Below, in pieces: positions 50,801 through 63,799 of a stretch of DNA of 64,000 nt. Position numbers and translations under genes: made by a program. Every line of letters starts with the position of its first letter. Position 1 is the stretch's first letter. A model generated the notes under the pieces. That model made no database searches, had not been told where the DNA came from, and saw only the letters and a list, made by a program, of their open reading frames with translations. The DNA is from Torpedo marmorata (Eukaryota), in contig OZ360219.1 of the NCBI GenBank assembly GCA_977017645.1, positions 48,794,001 to 48,858,000 on the forward strand. The letters are read 5' to 3'.

Positions 50801-51080
50801 CTATTTGGCTAGACCGCACCAACAGCACCTCTAATTCATAATCTCTAGATCCAGAAAGGACAAGGGCACCAAGTGCACGAGAACACCATCACCTACAGGT
50901 TATTCCCCAAGACACTCACCATTCTGACTCGGACATCATCACAACTGAGTCGAAATCTTGGAACATCCTTCCAGCAAAATGATATGAGAAGTTCAAGAAG
51001 GTTGTTCACCACCAGCTCCTCAAGAGTAGTTATGGATGGGTAATAAATACTGTCCCTGCTAGCAATGCCCACATTCCTCA
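47900..51080 (+). mobile_element. Highly degraded CR1/L2-group LINE hosting the Rex1 insertion
   Basis: gacaaatgcaatccagctaattat (DKxNPANY-like) before the insert; gttcagacatggaacaaagaactg (VQTWxKEL-like) after it; 3' end gatgggtaataaatactg. Confidence 0.55.
48631..50574 (+). mobile_element. Young Rex1/Babar LINE, 5'-truncated, one frameshift
   Basis: [36 protein letters not shown] and KFADDT; (TTCTGA)n tail; AGATCT duplicated at 48625-30 and 50575-80. Confidence 0.96.
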
Positions 51081-53069
51081 AAAAAAAACAACAGGTTCTT
51101 GCAAGAGTTATAGAAAAACAACAAGCATCAGTTACCCTTGGCATGGGTATTGTCATGACCATTCAAATTAACATCTATTGCAGTATATTACTGCATGTGT
51201 GTTAAGAAGATTGGTAAAACATACTGCTGTAAATATCATGGCACAAGAAACCTGCTCATAGCTGAACAGTCCTAATGGCAAAAGTGTCCATTTACTGAAA
51301 CCAAGTCTTCAGCATTCACAACATCAAGTGGAGATTCATCTACATTTATTACTGTTGGAAGTTGAGAACTTGGCAGCAGTGAACAACCATTCCTTTATTC
51401 TGATTCTCAGAACAAATGTAACTTTCAAAGTGCACACTGATAAAGGGCAAAATCTCAAATGCTATATCCGATAAAGGGAAAAAACATCCTAAGTGGTAAT
51501 CTTGCTTGCAAAACACAAAACAAAATGAATTAAAAAAGGAAGGTCACTCACTCTACATTCACAATAAGTAGCTCAACATCAAGGAGGTGAGTAATTGTCA
51601 CGATATCCTGGAAAAGCTTGAAAGTCTTGGCTCGTTATTTACTTGTTCCATGAAGTGTTATTCAGGTTGGTGTGGGATAACTATCACTTATAGGCCAAAT
51701 GTATGGAATTAAGTGAATTATTGAATCAATTGTTTTTTTACAACAACTTGATAATTTTATAATCATTAAACCTATTTTTAAAATTAAATATCTGAATTTA
51801 AAGTCACCAGCCTCTGTGGTGAGATATAAATTCATGCAATCCAGGCATCCAGATTACCAGTCCGATAACATGACTTCAATTCTACCATGTGTTAAATTCT
51901 ATTTATTTAAACCATTAAATTCTCAAACTATAACAGTGGGATTTGAATGTACATTTTCTGAAAAATGGTCCCCTGACTCTCAGCTATGATACTTCCAGCT
52001 AACTGATGTAGAGATTGTGACATATGAAGTTAACTCTTCATCCAGGTTCATACAGTAGAATATTTTCAATACTTTGTGCGTTGCTCCTGAAAAGAGCAAG
52101 CAATTTATTAATGTGAAAAATGTCCTGTTTTCCCTTAGATTCATTGATATTGAGAGTATTGCAGCACAGAAACAGGCCCTTTAGCCCTACTTATCAATTT
52201 GCAACATGAGGTCATTCCTAGCTCCATCTACCTTTCCTCATTTTTGTTTCTGCTTGCTTCCACCTGTCACTCTCCTGCTTCAGTCTTGCAACTCCACCCC
52301 TCTTGCTCCCCCACCTGGGTTCATTTATCATCCTTTACTTCTCCTCAGTCCACCTATATCTACTGTCACCACCCCTCTCCCCTTTAATACTGCCTGCCTT
52401 CCATCTCCTTTCTCAGTCCTGAAGCAGAGTTTTGAACCAAAATGTAGAATGACCATTTTTTTCCACGGATGCTGCCTGATGTGCTGAGATCCTCTAGTAT
52501 TTTGTTTTTAATTTTATTCAGCCCATCTTGTCCTGCTGACCAAATGTAGAGCCATTTGGATAACTCCCACTCCCCAGTTCTTGTAGGTAACTGCTTTTCA
52601 AATGATTATTCAGGTACTTTTCAATGTGCTGAAGATCTTCTCCTCCATCACCCTTTCAGGCACAAGGTATCAGGATCTCAGTGCTCCTAGCAACTCATTT
52701 CTAAAGTATGTAATGTAAAATTATATCTGCTGGCTATTAATCTCTTGGCCAGGGTAAATAAGTCCTTTCTGTTCTTGTGCAGGCCTTTCTAATGTTATGG
52801 AATCCTATTTCAGCTCTCCTTGTTCTCCTACATTTGAAATGAAACTCCCCAGCCTATTCAGTCTCTCCTTATAAATTTAATAAGTAAAACTCTTTTGCTG
52901 CGTTAAAGTGGGATATTTTTGACTTCAATTCTTATGAGGTAATCTTGTTGAGTGGTAACTTTAAACATGCTGATCTCCATTTCAATGATCTCAGTAGAAT
53001 GAAAATCATATGGGTTCTACTGTGAGTGTGTTATCTGCTTTGCCTAAATACTGCTTAAACAGTGCGAAC

Positions 53070-53282
53070 ACCGACTCTTACTTTTGCACTTTATTGATTT
53101 TTTTTTCTATCTCTGCATTGCACAGTTTGTTTACATTTCTTTACTTGTTTACATGTGTACATTGAGCCAGTTTTTTTTTGCACTGCCGATAAGTGGTAAT
53201 TCTGCCTCGCCCGCAGGAAAACGAATCTCAGGGTTGTATGTGATGTCATGTATGTACTCTGACAATAAATCTGATATCTGAA
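53070..53282 (+). mobile_element. 3' UTR/tail of a Rex1-like LINE subfamily
   Basis: Ends gaatctcagggttgtatgtgatgtcatgtatgtactctgacaataaatctgatatctga. Confidence 0.55.
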
Positions 53283-55028
53283 ATCACTGTATTTCTCTTC
53301 CAATGCTTTCTAGGCTGGGTATTCTCACCTCTTGCTGCTGTGTCTTTCTGTCAGGCATTGAGCCTAACCATTAAGCCAAGCAACATGATGTGGTCTCTTT
53401 ATTTGAGCTGGGAATTTAACAACCATCTTTCCTCAAAATGTTTCAAGCAAGATCATACTGCATGTGGCAAAGAAATAAATTTGTGGGATGACAGATCTTT
53501 TACGCTGGTCACAGACACTATTAATTTCAATATATTCGAGAAATGCATATTTTAAGAAATGGAAACATAAAGAGGAGTAGGAGAAGACCACACACCGATC
53601 CTTGATTTGAAATCCACTTCTGCTCATTTCTTTAATTCAACTTTGAATTCAAAAATCTATTGATCTCTGCCTTGAGCATAACAACTGAGCATTATAATCC
53701 CTCTGGGGAAGTAAATTCCATCCCGAGTGAAGAAGTTTCTCCTCATCACTATTGTAAATGGCTGACCTTTTAGCCTGAAGTTATTCCTCTTAGTTTTAGA
53801 CCACTGGGAAATGGCTTCTTCTTTTCTGAGAAATGGAAGGTAAGTAAAAATTATCATGGTGGTTGGTGAGAACATTTGGGCTTGTTGTAATTTGGAGTGA
53901 AAACACCAACAATTAAGCATGGTGGGGTTCATCAGAATCAGAATTTATTGTCATAAACAAGTCATGAAAGTGGGATTCCTTAGCCAAAATAGATCATTCT
54001 GCAAATTGTGTTATATTTCATTGAATTATTCCCTCATGAGTTTGTGTTTGAACCAGTTCAGTATGCGACATCACGTATTTTTGCATAACATCACATAACA
54101 TCACTGAGACTGTTCAATTTTTACTTTCGCGAAGCAACTGTGATATTTGTATTAGTGTTTTAAATTCTCACGTCTTGATATTCTAGATGTAATTATTTTA
54201 AATTGCAGATTCAAGGGTACAAATTAAAGTTAGTGGATATCAACACCAAGCTCTGAAAAGATTATATTTGCAGAATAAAAATCTGCTTTTAAAAGTTACT
54301 CTCTCATTCACCTTGAAGAAAGAAGTCTGAATGTGATTTTCTCACTTAAATGGAAGAAAGTCTACGGCTTCTGTGCATATACCTAATCACAGAAATCCAA
54401 GACTTACTGGCACATTTGGAAAGGCTGAATCTGTCAGTTTGTTACAAAGTACTGTATTGACACCCGAAGAAATGTCTCAGACACATTGCGTTTGTTTAGA
54501 TCCAGTGGAGAGACTCCTTTTCAAAAGCTAAATGTTTTAATTATTTAGGTCTTTACCTGTATGAGAACTTTAGGTTTTGAAAAAGTGCAGTTTAATTATT
54601 TACTTCATTGTTAATAGTTTTTAAATGTGTCTAAATGTTGGCTGTTCCTCTTGGCCTCTATCAAAGTGACACCTTATCAGCTGCCAACGTTTTGAAGGGC
54701 ATTTTCTGGGTGTATTTGGAGGACCTGATAAGTCGTAATCCAGAAAATACTTAGCAGGTCAAGCAGAATCTGTGCAAGGAGAAACAACTAATATTTCAGG
54801 GTTGGATCCCTTCATCAGAACCGGAAAAGTGTCCGAGACCAGAAAGATTCATGGTTTCCCTTGTTCATTTTGGATTTCCAACATCTCCAATTTTTGACTT
54901 GGTAAGTAGACCAGAAAGGCATGTATCTGGATTCACTATGGACAATGACTCCATGCTGTAAAATGGATAAACAAGATTGTGCCCCATCTCATCCAATTTT
55001 ATTTCCATTAGGTATGCAACTGCATTCA

Positions 55029-55265
55029 GGGCGGAACTGTTAGCGTAGCGATTAGCACAATGCTATTACAGCGCCATCAACCCGGGTTCGAATCCGGGAC
55101 TGTCTCTAAGGAGTTTGTACGTTCTCCCTGTGTCTGCGTGGGTTTACCCCAGGTGCTCTTGTTTCCTCCCACCCTTCAAAACATATGGGGGTTGTAGGTT
55201 GATTGGTGTATTTGGGCAGCATGGGTTCGTGGGCCGGAAGGGCTTGTTGGCATGCTATATGTCAA
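55029..55265 (+). mobile_element. Full-length V-SINE-like tRNA-derived SINE
   Basis: A-box-like tagcgtagcgattagc, B-box gggttcgaatcc, and V-domain gtttgtacgttctccctgtgtctgcgtgggttt. Confidence 0.85.
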
Positions 55266-55649
55266 AGTTTCAAAAAAATGATTACACATTTAGCACAAAG
55301 ATGAATTTCAGCTGGAAGGACTCAGCAGGTTAGGCAGCTTCATTGAAAAGAAACAGTCAACAATCTGGGTCAGTTCTGTTCCCTCCTCCCCTGCCCCCAG
55401 CTATGTTTCCTCAGGATTCCAGTATCTGAAGTTCCTTGCATCTCTTGATGAACTTTAGCCCCTTGTAGTTTTGAGTAGAATAAATGGTTCAAAATTTATG
55501 GTTAACACTAAAGCAAAGGTTGATACTAACTTCTCAAGGGCAACAACCGTTTGGCCTTGCCAGAAATGCATGGGTCCGGAAAAAATAAATGATAAGCTTC
55601 ATGGGCAGCCAATCATATTGATGGATTTTCAAAAAAGCAGAGCAGTGTA

Positions 55650-56380
55650 ACAGAGCGTAACAGAGTCATACAACATGGGTCCTCCAGCCCAACTTGTCTG
55701 TGACTCTCCATGACTTGTCCCATTTGGTCTATGTCCTTCTGAGCCTTTCTGATCCATAAATCTGTCCAAATGTCTTCTGAAAGTTAAAAATTATGCCCGC
55801 TTCTACAGTTTCTTCTAGCAGATCATTCCAAATATGCTGTGAATGCAAAAATTGCCTCTCAGATCCCTCTTAAATCTCTTCCATCTCACCTTAAACCTGC
55901 GGCCTCTAGTTCTGGAATCATCTACCCTGGGGAAAAGACTGAGTATTCACTTTATTTATGCCCCTCATGATTTTATAAATCTCTCTCAGATCTCCCCTCA
56001 GACTCAGGGAATAAAGACCCAGCGTATCTAACCTCTCTATAACTCAAGCCCTCTAATCATGGCAAGATACTGGTGAATCTCTTCTGTATCCCTTCCTATT
56101 TATTAATGCCCTTCCTATAGTTGGGTGCCCAAAACTGCACACAGTGCAGTCTTACCATTGCCTTGTACAGCTGAATCACGTGGTCCCAGCTTTTGTACTC
56201 AATACCCTGCACATAGAAGGGAAATTGTGCCAAACATTTTCTTCGCCACACTGTCCATCTGAGTTGCTTCTTTCAGGGAACTCTGCATCTGTACCCCTAT
56301 GTCTCTCTGCTCTACAACACCTTCCAGGGTCCTGCCATTCACTGTGTAAGTCCTACCCTGGTTTGAATTACCAAAGTTCT
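55650..56380 (-). mobile_element. Degraded CR1 3' region
   Basis: ccatctcaccttaaacctgcggcctctagttct...ctggtgaatcttctgtatccc...aactgcacacagt is the reverse complement of a CR1 ORF2 end. Confidence 0.75.
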
Positions 56381-57819
56381 ATACTAGGAACAATTAGGAA
56401 GCCAATTTTCAATTAACTTTCTACATATTATTCAGAATGTTAACTAGACATAGGAATAAAATTACAGTAGAAGCTGAAATGGAAAAAAAAAAAAATATTT
56501 TAAAATATTTAGATCTACGTGAAGAATTACAATATATATTCTTAAAATTAGATTTATGCTTAAGATAGTTTGATAAGTAGTAATTGTGGCTTAGTTTAAC
56601 TTCATGGAACTAAATATAATATATTCTGTAACTGAAAATCAAGAAACTGCACTTGCTGGAAACCTAACATTGAAACCGAAAATGCTGGAAATACTCAGCA
56701 AGTTGGAAAGCATCTGTGGAGAGAGAGCTATTAATGTTCCAGTTCTGGTAAAGTGTCATTGATCTGAAAAATGGACTCTGTACTTTTAAACTGAAAAGTA
56801 GAGTACCTAGTATCATTTCAATTGATTTCTCTAGATTCCATTGGAGAAAACTAAATAGTGGAGCCTGTGAAGGTATACTGGATTACATTTCTGAACAATC
56901 CCAACATTGTAACACAGTAATAATTGTGTAATAATGATGCAAATCTGCCAATTCTCTATTACTATTAAAAACAAAATCTGGCAATGCTGTAATTACATCT
57001 TCCACAAATATTTTTGATTCTGGTATAGAATAATATAACCATTTGTGACTATTACAAGATTACTAAAATCTAGACAATGGTTTCATTTGTCCTAATTTTC
57101 CAGAAACATTATTTTTTAGACTTCTTGTATCCAAGAAGTGACCACTGAACCCTACGATAACTCTAGCCACACCCTGACATAGATATTCCCAATCCATTCC
57201 CTCCCCACCTTCTCTGCAACTTAAATCCTTGTTCTCTCTTCCAGTTTTGAAACTGGTTCTTTGACTTGAAATGTAAAGTCTATTTCCACAGATGCTGTCT
57301 GTCCTGCTGAGCTTTTCAGCAATTTCTCCTTTTACTTATGACCATTTAAAAATTCTAGTCCTCCCTCCTTCAAAAAAAACAAACCCAATACTCCCTTCCG
57401 GACACATTCGGTGGGAGGGGGGTGGGGTTGCAGATATATCAGAGCCCCACACCTGGAGGGGAAGGAGTTCAGCAAGGGTGAATTTCAGGGAAAGGACAAA
57501 GATAGATAGTGGGATTGAGATGGCAAAGATTGATGCTTGATCTTTGGCAGAGATCGCAAGAAGACCAGTAAATTATGGACAAGGGATTGGGACTAGCAGC
57601 ACATTAATAAAATATGTCCTGCCTTCTTTAAAGCAGGTGAACGGATTGCAGAGAGGTGGAAATGGAGGTTGGGGATGAGGTGGGATGGGATTGCAGTTAC
57701 TGTGGTCAGGGCTGCTGAAGGCAGAAGTATGAAGGTAATTAACTTACTTACAGTCTCCTACTTACAGGCCCCACACGGGATTGGTCAACCAGGTAAAGAA
57801 ACATAATGGATAGAAGGCT

Positions 57820-58040
57820 GGCAGATGCCAGAATAGGCCCTTCGTGTCCACAAGCCTGAGCTGCCTAAGTACACCTACTAAGCCCGTCCGTCTTTGAAAT
57901 GTGGGAGGAAACCGGAGCACCCAGATGAAAACCCCACCGACATAGGGAGAACATACAAACTCCTTACAGACAGTGGCTGATTCGAACCCAGGTTGCTGGC
58001 ACTGTGATAGCATTGTGCTAACCACTATGCTAACCGTTCC
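57820..58040 (-). mobile_element. V-SINE-like SINE
   Basis: gtgggaggaaaccggagcacccagatgaaa...acaaactccttacagacag...attcgaaccc. Confidence 0.8.
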
Positions 58041-58985
58041 TCCACCAGATTGTATTTGGCTCTCAAATGTCACCTGATTCACATGGGAATCAAGGGAACA
58101 ATTTGTGATCCTTCTTTGAAATGGGAGTTTTGCCAGGGACTGAGAATTGCAAATAGTACAACATTGCTGAAAAAAAGAGGAATGAGCAAGGCAACTATAG
58201 GATGGCCAGCCTAACGTTTGCGATAGGAAACCTCCAGACACAATAATTTAAAACAAAATTCATCGTCATTTTGAAAGTTGAGCATGATTGAACGAAAACT
58301 GGCATGGATTTGTTAAAGTCAAACCAGGTTTGGCTATTAATCTTTCTCTATGATATATGTAATGGAAAAAAGTTGATTAAGGTTATGCAATTGGCGTGCA
58401 TATGGACCTGTAGAAGGCATTTGATAAAGTTCTTTACAATAGACATTAGTAAAATTGAAGCCCAAGAGATCTAAAGATAAGTGCTTGAGTGGATGCCCAA
58501 TTGGGTCCTCCCGTGCTGAAACATTTTACGATTATTCATACCATGTTAAAATTATGCCAATCAGAAAACTTAGGCTGTAATAGGGATATATAGTTCAGCC
58601 CCTTGAGCCATCGAACCATTGCTGAATTACGTCAATTTACTTGCCTCAGCTGGCTTTCTCTATCAGATTGCTCTGGACCCCAGGAAATTGTTTTGGTCTT
58701 ATACCCTGTCAATTTATTTAATCATCGAAGATACTTCATTCAGACAATTTTCTACCACTTGTACACAAGAGATCTTGGTGCGGTCTATTTTCATGATTTA
58801 ATAATTTTATCTCTGGTATAATTCAGATAAATATGGACCCTTTCTAACAGATAGTTCTCTGTATATTGAACTATGCAGAATTATCCATAAACAAGACTGC
58901 AGTGAATTTAATTTGAAGTGTTTTGTACAGTAGCAACATGCACCAGATTACTGCGTGGACAACTACCGGTATATGGAAAACATAC

Positions 58986-59109
58986 CCATTTCGGTCTCCA
59001 AAAATGTAATTTCCAAAAAGTCTTCTCGACTGGCATCCTCTGTATATAAAGCCACCCACTAAAGGACTGTGGCTCGAAGATTTGAATTCAACTGCTGGAG
59101 GCTCTGTTT
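58986..59109 (-). CDS. HHIP: HHIP-like exon (beta-propeller)
   Basis: tttttccttccag|AA ACA...AAT GG|gtatgt; 124 nt; encodes (E)TEPPAVEFKSSSHSPLVGGFIYRGCQSRRLFGNYIFGDRN(G). Confidence 0.96.
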
Positions 59110-59366
59110 CTGGAAGGAAAAAAAAACTAGCATTAAAGCTGACAAGACATGTTAGCCAAATGATACAAATCAGAAATATATTTGCTTTTCCTGTATAATC
59201 CATGCAATATTTGTGGGGGAGAAGGGAAATCATATTTTAATTAACTATTCATAATTTTGGTCACAATAACAAAGATGATAACATTTTTAAACATTTCCAG
59301 TACATTTAGGCCATATTTAGGAGCAGCTGTTCAAAACAACAATCATGCTTTGAGGTTTATAATTAC

Positions 59367-59488
59367 CATAATCTTTTCCCCTTGTTATCTTGATTATTCT
59401 TCCTGATGATTTATTCCAAGTATTTGACTCAGAACAAAGTATGGTCAGGTTCCCATTGGAGTCCCTGAGATGCTGATCTACTGCACAC
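59367..59488 (-). CDS. HHIP: HHIP-like exon (beta-propeller)
   Basis: attttacacag|G TGT...TAT G|gtaatt; 122 nt; encodes (R)CAVDQHLRDSNGNLTILCSESNTWNKSSGRIIKITRGKDY(E). Confidence 0.96.
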
Positions 59489-62400
59489 CTGTGTAAAATC
59501 AATATGTGATTAATGAGCACTCACTGAGGAAAAATAATTATTCAAAACATTCCTCATCTTGTTTGTTGTTAGTCATCCAAGCCATTAAAATAAAATTCAA
59601 GAAAGTTATGTAAACAATGTTTTTATGAATTCAATGTTTTATCTATCCTTTTGCATTTATTATCTCTTTTCTCTCGTCAATTTATATCTATTTATTGGTG
59701 TATAAGAATTTCAGTGGATTTGAACATTGCACTTTATGACAATAAACTAATCTCATCTCATCTTGCTTTTTGCTCTTTTAACTTTTAACTTGGTATTTTC
59801 AAACGTCGTTAATGTTCAGGGACTTCTTGAGAATAGGTTTCAATGATGTTTGTCATTAGGAAATGGATATTGTCATGTAAAATTCATTTGAATGATATCC
59901 GAAAAATGCAGTGTACTTTAAACCGACAATTGGGGTGTGGAACCAGGAGGATTTTTTTTGGAGCATCGAATAATTTAGCAAGATCTATCCTGACATTATC
60001 CTAAAATCTTTTGATATTGCTTGAGGTTTAGAAGAATGGGGAAATTTAAACATTCTCAATATAAAATAACAAAAGGAAGTTTGCCTTTTAGCAAATTTCC
60101 ATTGACGTTATTGAATCGAAAACACCACAATATTTATCTCCTAATCCAGACAGGTTTTATTCCCTGGACCTCAGGGATTAAAAATAAAATATGCATTTCA
60201 ATGGGGAACATCTTCTGAGTTTCCAGTATCCGCAGATCGTTCTGATTGGAAGATTCACGTTTCTGCTTGATTCTCTGTTGATCCAGCAAGGAATTCTGCT
60301 GTGGCCTTGAGCTCTTTATTGAGTTCATCATTCCAATGGAATCTATGCGGCCTTGTGTCAATGGTTTGTTTCCGTCACTGGTTCTCAGGGAGCACTGACG
60401 TGTATTGTCTGAAACCTTGGGAATGGAGGGTAGGAAAGTGGGGTGGTCTGGCTTTGTTAGGCCTTGGAAATGTGAATAGGAGAGACGGAATCTGTTTCAG
60501 TGTCCACCTGAGATTGGGTGGAAGGGTGTGACAATGAAACAGTATGACCTCAGGGATTTTGGGAGACAAGTTCACATAAACAATCAAATCAAGTGGAGTT
60601 GATGTTGATATTTCAAGCTGGTATGTTTGAACACAGATGGCCAGAAAGTTTCAAGTTAAAGGTAGAAATTCTTCATCATCTATGTTCAAACACTTGAGTT
60701 AATTGAAATGTTTCTTTATATTTTCATTTCAGAAAGAAATTAACAATAACTTTCTGAGGTGAAAATGTAAAGAAATATTTAAATTAGCACCATGAGGAAT
60801 TGCTCTTGAACCTTGTTGAAGATTATGTGTCTGGAATGGGATTTTAACCCACTAGCTTCTGATTCAGTTCATGAACACAATAGGACAACTTCATTTACTG
60901 ATGTTTATTTAGGGGCATGGGAAAGTAGATGCTGCATTACTGGGTTAAAAATACAAACAATGTGAGTACAAATCTCTGCGTGCCAATTCAAGAATCGGAA
61001 TTCACTTTTAAAATTTACAAATGAAAGAGCCTATTCAGTGAAGGTGACCATGAATATGTAAACTGTAAAGGTCTAGTTGGTACTCAAATGGCCATCAGGG
61101 AGGGAAGCCTGATATTTAAATGCTCTGAGTTTATGCCTGACAATAGAATGCTGATAAAAATTATTTACTAATATCAGAGACTGCTACAAATAGATAGTTA
61201 AAACCATGGAAAATATATTTGCCAATGACCAGGTGGCCTTTGAAACAATGCGTGTTATGTCCTCTAGGGCACCTGGGGCCTATGGAAACTTTGGTAATAT
61301 GTTCTATGTTCTATGAAATGCACCACTGGTCATTTAAAGTCAGGTTATCACAGCACACAATATTCTGACGTGGAGGGTTTCTTTTTTGGTTCAAATAGTG
61401 GCTTTATATTTAAATTATTCTTTGAGGTACACAACTCATCCAGGAACCATTGACATTTTTTTCTGCTATTGAAAGAAAGAAGTTCAATTTATTTCACCTA
61501 TTTCAAGACTCAGGACTTCCCAAAGTGCCTCAAGCAAATATCTTTGAGCTGTATTCAATAAGGCTAATGTGTGTGGTTGATTCTTAACGATCCACCTCAT
61601 CATTCAGTTCTATACATTGGCCAAATTGGGATGTCATTTCTCCCTTTTTCAGGTTCCTTACCTTTTATCGACAGATTTAATAACCATTGTCAGACACTCG
61701 TATATCCTTCAGACTCGTTCTTTTTACATGAGCATCTTTACAGCTTTTGAAATATAATCTAGATCCTGATCATTTTCAAAGGATAGTGACACAACCATTG
61801 CTTACTACTGTTTTAAGTTCCCAGTTTGGGTGTGTTCCCTTAAATGATCCATCAGCAATGTGTATGAGGATTGGTCATATGGCCTGTTGATTCTCTCAAT
61901 GACCACACACCATTAGGAGCTGGGAAAGGATTTGAGGCCTCCTGGCAGAAGCATGAAGGAAATGCAGGAAAAATTAATAGCAATTGAGGCAATGGGGATG
62001 TGTCCCAAAATACTAAAGGATTGTACAGTAGTACAGTGCCAAAGAATACAGTTTTTAAAAAGCTGCAAGTGACAAACTCTGCTGTGAAATTTTTTGGAAG
62101 TGTGAGAGATCGTACATCAGGGAAGGTTAAAAAAATCAGATTATAACTATCCAGGGCCTGTTGATTCAGGGCCAAGAATAGTAGGGAAGGGGTTAAAACA
62201 ATATAAACTTTTCAAATATATATGTATGTCTATATTACCTATAATTGGTGCAATTAGTTTTGATGAACATTCAGCATGCTTAAAAAGATGACAATGTTTT
62301 GAATTGTGTAAGAATCTTTGAATGAAATTCAATTTTAGGGAAAAAAAAAATCTGTCATTAAACCCATTGAGTTAAGTGACGTGTTAGGGAACGGGTTTAT

Positions 62401-62607
62401 CTAATATAATATCAACCATTGCTTAATAAGTTGAATAATCAAAATCCAAAATAAACAAAAAGTCACCTTCCTCCTACACTTTATTAAAAAAAGGACAGAA
62501 AACTTGTTTTTGATACTGAAGTTGTTCTTCATGCCTACACTTTCTTTTTTTAGGAAATTCAATTTTATTGAATCCATCAATTCGTGCAGAGAAAAGGATG
62601 GTACAAG

Positions 62608-62725
62608 TAAAACACGAAAGTCTGCAGACATCATGGTTGAAGTAAAAACACAATGCTGGATAAACTCAGCGGGTCAAAGATAAAAATACATAACTGACGT
62701 TTCGGGCTTGAGCTCTTCATCAAGG
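62608..62725 (-). mobile_element. Penelope-like terminal-repeat fragment
   Basis: Homologous to 19478-19605; minus strand ttgatgaagagctcaagcccgaaacgtc. Confidence 0.6.
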
Positions 62726-62754
62726 ATGGTACAATCCATTTTGACTACCGGTAA

Positions 62755-62915
62755 TTTGCTGCTGTCTGTAAAGAGTTTGTATGTTCTCCCCGTGCTTGCA
62801 TGGGCTTCCTCCCATGTTCCAAAGATGTGCAGGGTTAGAAGGTTAATTGGTCACATGGGTGTAATGGGCGGCACAGGCTCGTGGGCCAGAGGGCCTGTTA
62901 CTGAGCTGTATCTCT
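62755..62915 (+). mobile_element. V-SINE-like SINE fragment
   Basis: gctgtctgtaaagagtttgtatgttctccccgtg...ggttaattgg. Confidence 0.7.
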
Positions 62916-63799
62916 AAACTACATCCAAATAGCCATTCCTGGCTGGAGATGTTGACCTTTCCATTGTTCCTAATGAGATCAAACTGTTTACTCGCATCTG
63001 GCCTTGGATACATTGCAATTTACTCCACTTACACATTGGGAAGAATGAAAGTTTTATCTTTGGAATTGTGACCAGCCCCATGCTTCCGTTATTAACTGCA
63101 TCTTCCTTAAGAAGCTCAACAACAACTAAGCCAAAGTAGTCCACCTGATCGGTATTCCATCCACCACTTGAAAGGTGTATTTTCTCTACCTCTGGCACTC
63201 AGTAGCTGCAATGTGTGCATGCAATTGACACAATTTACAGCAAAACACCAATGATCTTTTGTCCACCTAATTGGAAATCTGAATGTTTCGACATCTGGCT
63301 CCCTGGATAATGTTTGTCACACTCCCTTCCTATTCCCTGTGGCCCCAGCTCTTGCACTCCCATTACACTTAACAGGGCTTTGGATCCTGCACTCTTTCCA
63401 CTCACCGAAGCCCTGATTCCCACACTCTCTTTTCACTCACTGGGGCACCAGTTCCCATGCTTAATTACCCCTCACTTGGCTCCAGTTTCTGCACACCCAT
63501 TTCACTTCCTGGGGCCATAGTTCCCTTTCCACTTACCAGGGCCCTGGTTCCCTTATTCCCTTTAAATGTACCTGGTTCACTGGATAATTTATTATAATTC
63601 TGTGTAACCTTAAAAAAAAATCAATTAAAATGTGTTGCAGTGGAAAAGAAATACCATCAAATAGTCTGGGGAATCTGTTAGTTTGGCACAACCAAAGTCC
63701 TAAGTGTGCCCTATTATCAGAGTTTTACTGTTCTTCAGTTGCTCTCCTGTGCTATTATAAAATCATCAACCTTCTATACCTGCAAACACTGTTACTAAA

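Larger units (their letters stand above)
91..59488 (-). other. HHIP: HHIP-like gene, 3' part: six HHIP exons plus a predicted terminal Kunitz exon; 5' exons presumably lie beyond position 64000
   Basis: Hand-spliced exons give one continuous frame: CAVDQH...GKDY-E-TEPP...DRN-G-QLMS...EDEF-G-EIYI...DPK-R-PLVP...CRV-A-KCDP...RVARA. This is colinear with vertebrate HHIP from the late beta-propeller through EGF1 and EGF2. All introns are GT-AG with matching phases. Confidence 0.93.

Noticed and set aside
51552-51608. Possible minus-strand exon DIVTITHLLDVELLIVNV, faintly like the HHIP tail
   Set aside because: It is in the wrong position (within a propeller intron), its phases are incompatible with the neighbouring exons, and similarity is limited to LLD.
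55029-55105. tRNA gene
   Set aside because: The A/B boxes are the head of a SINE, continuing directly into the V-domain body.
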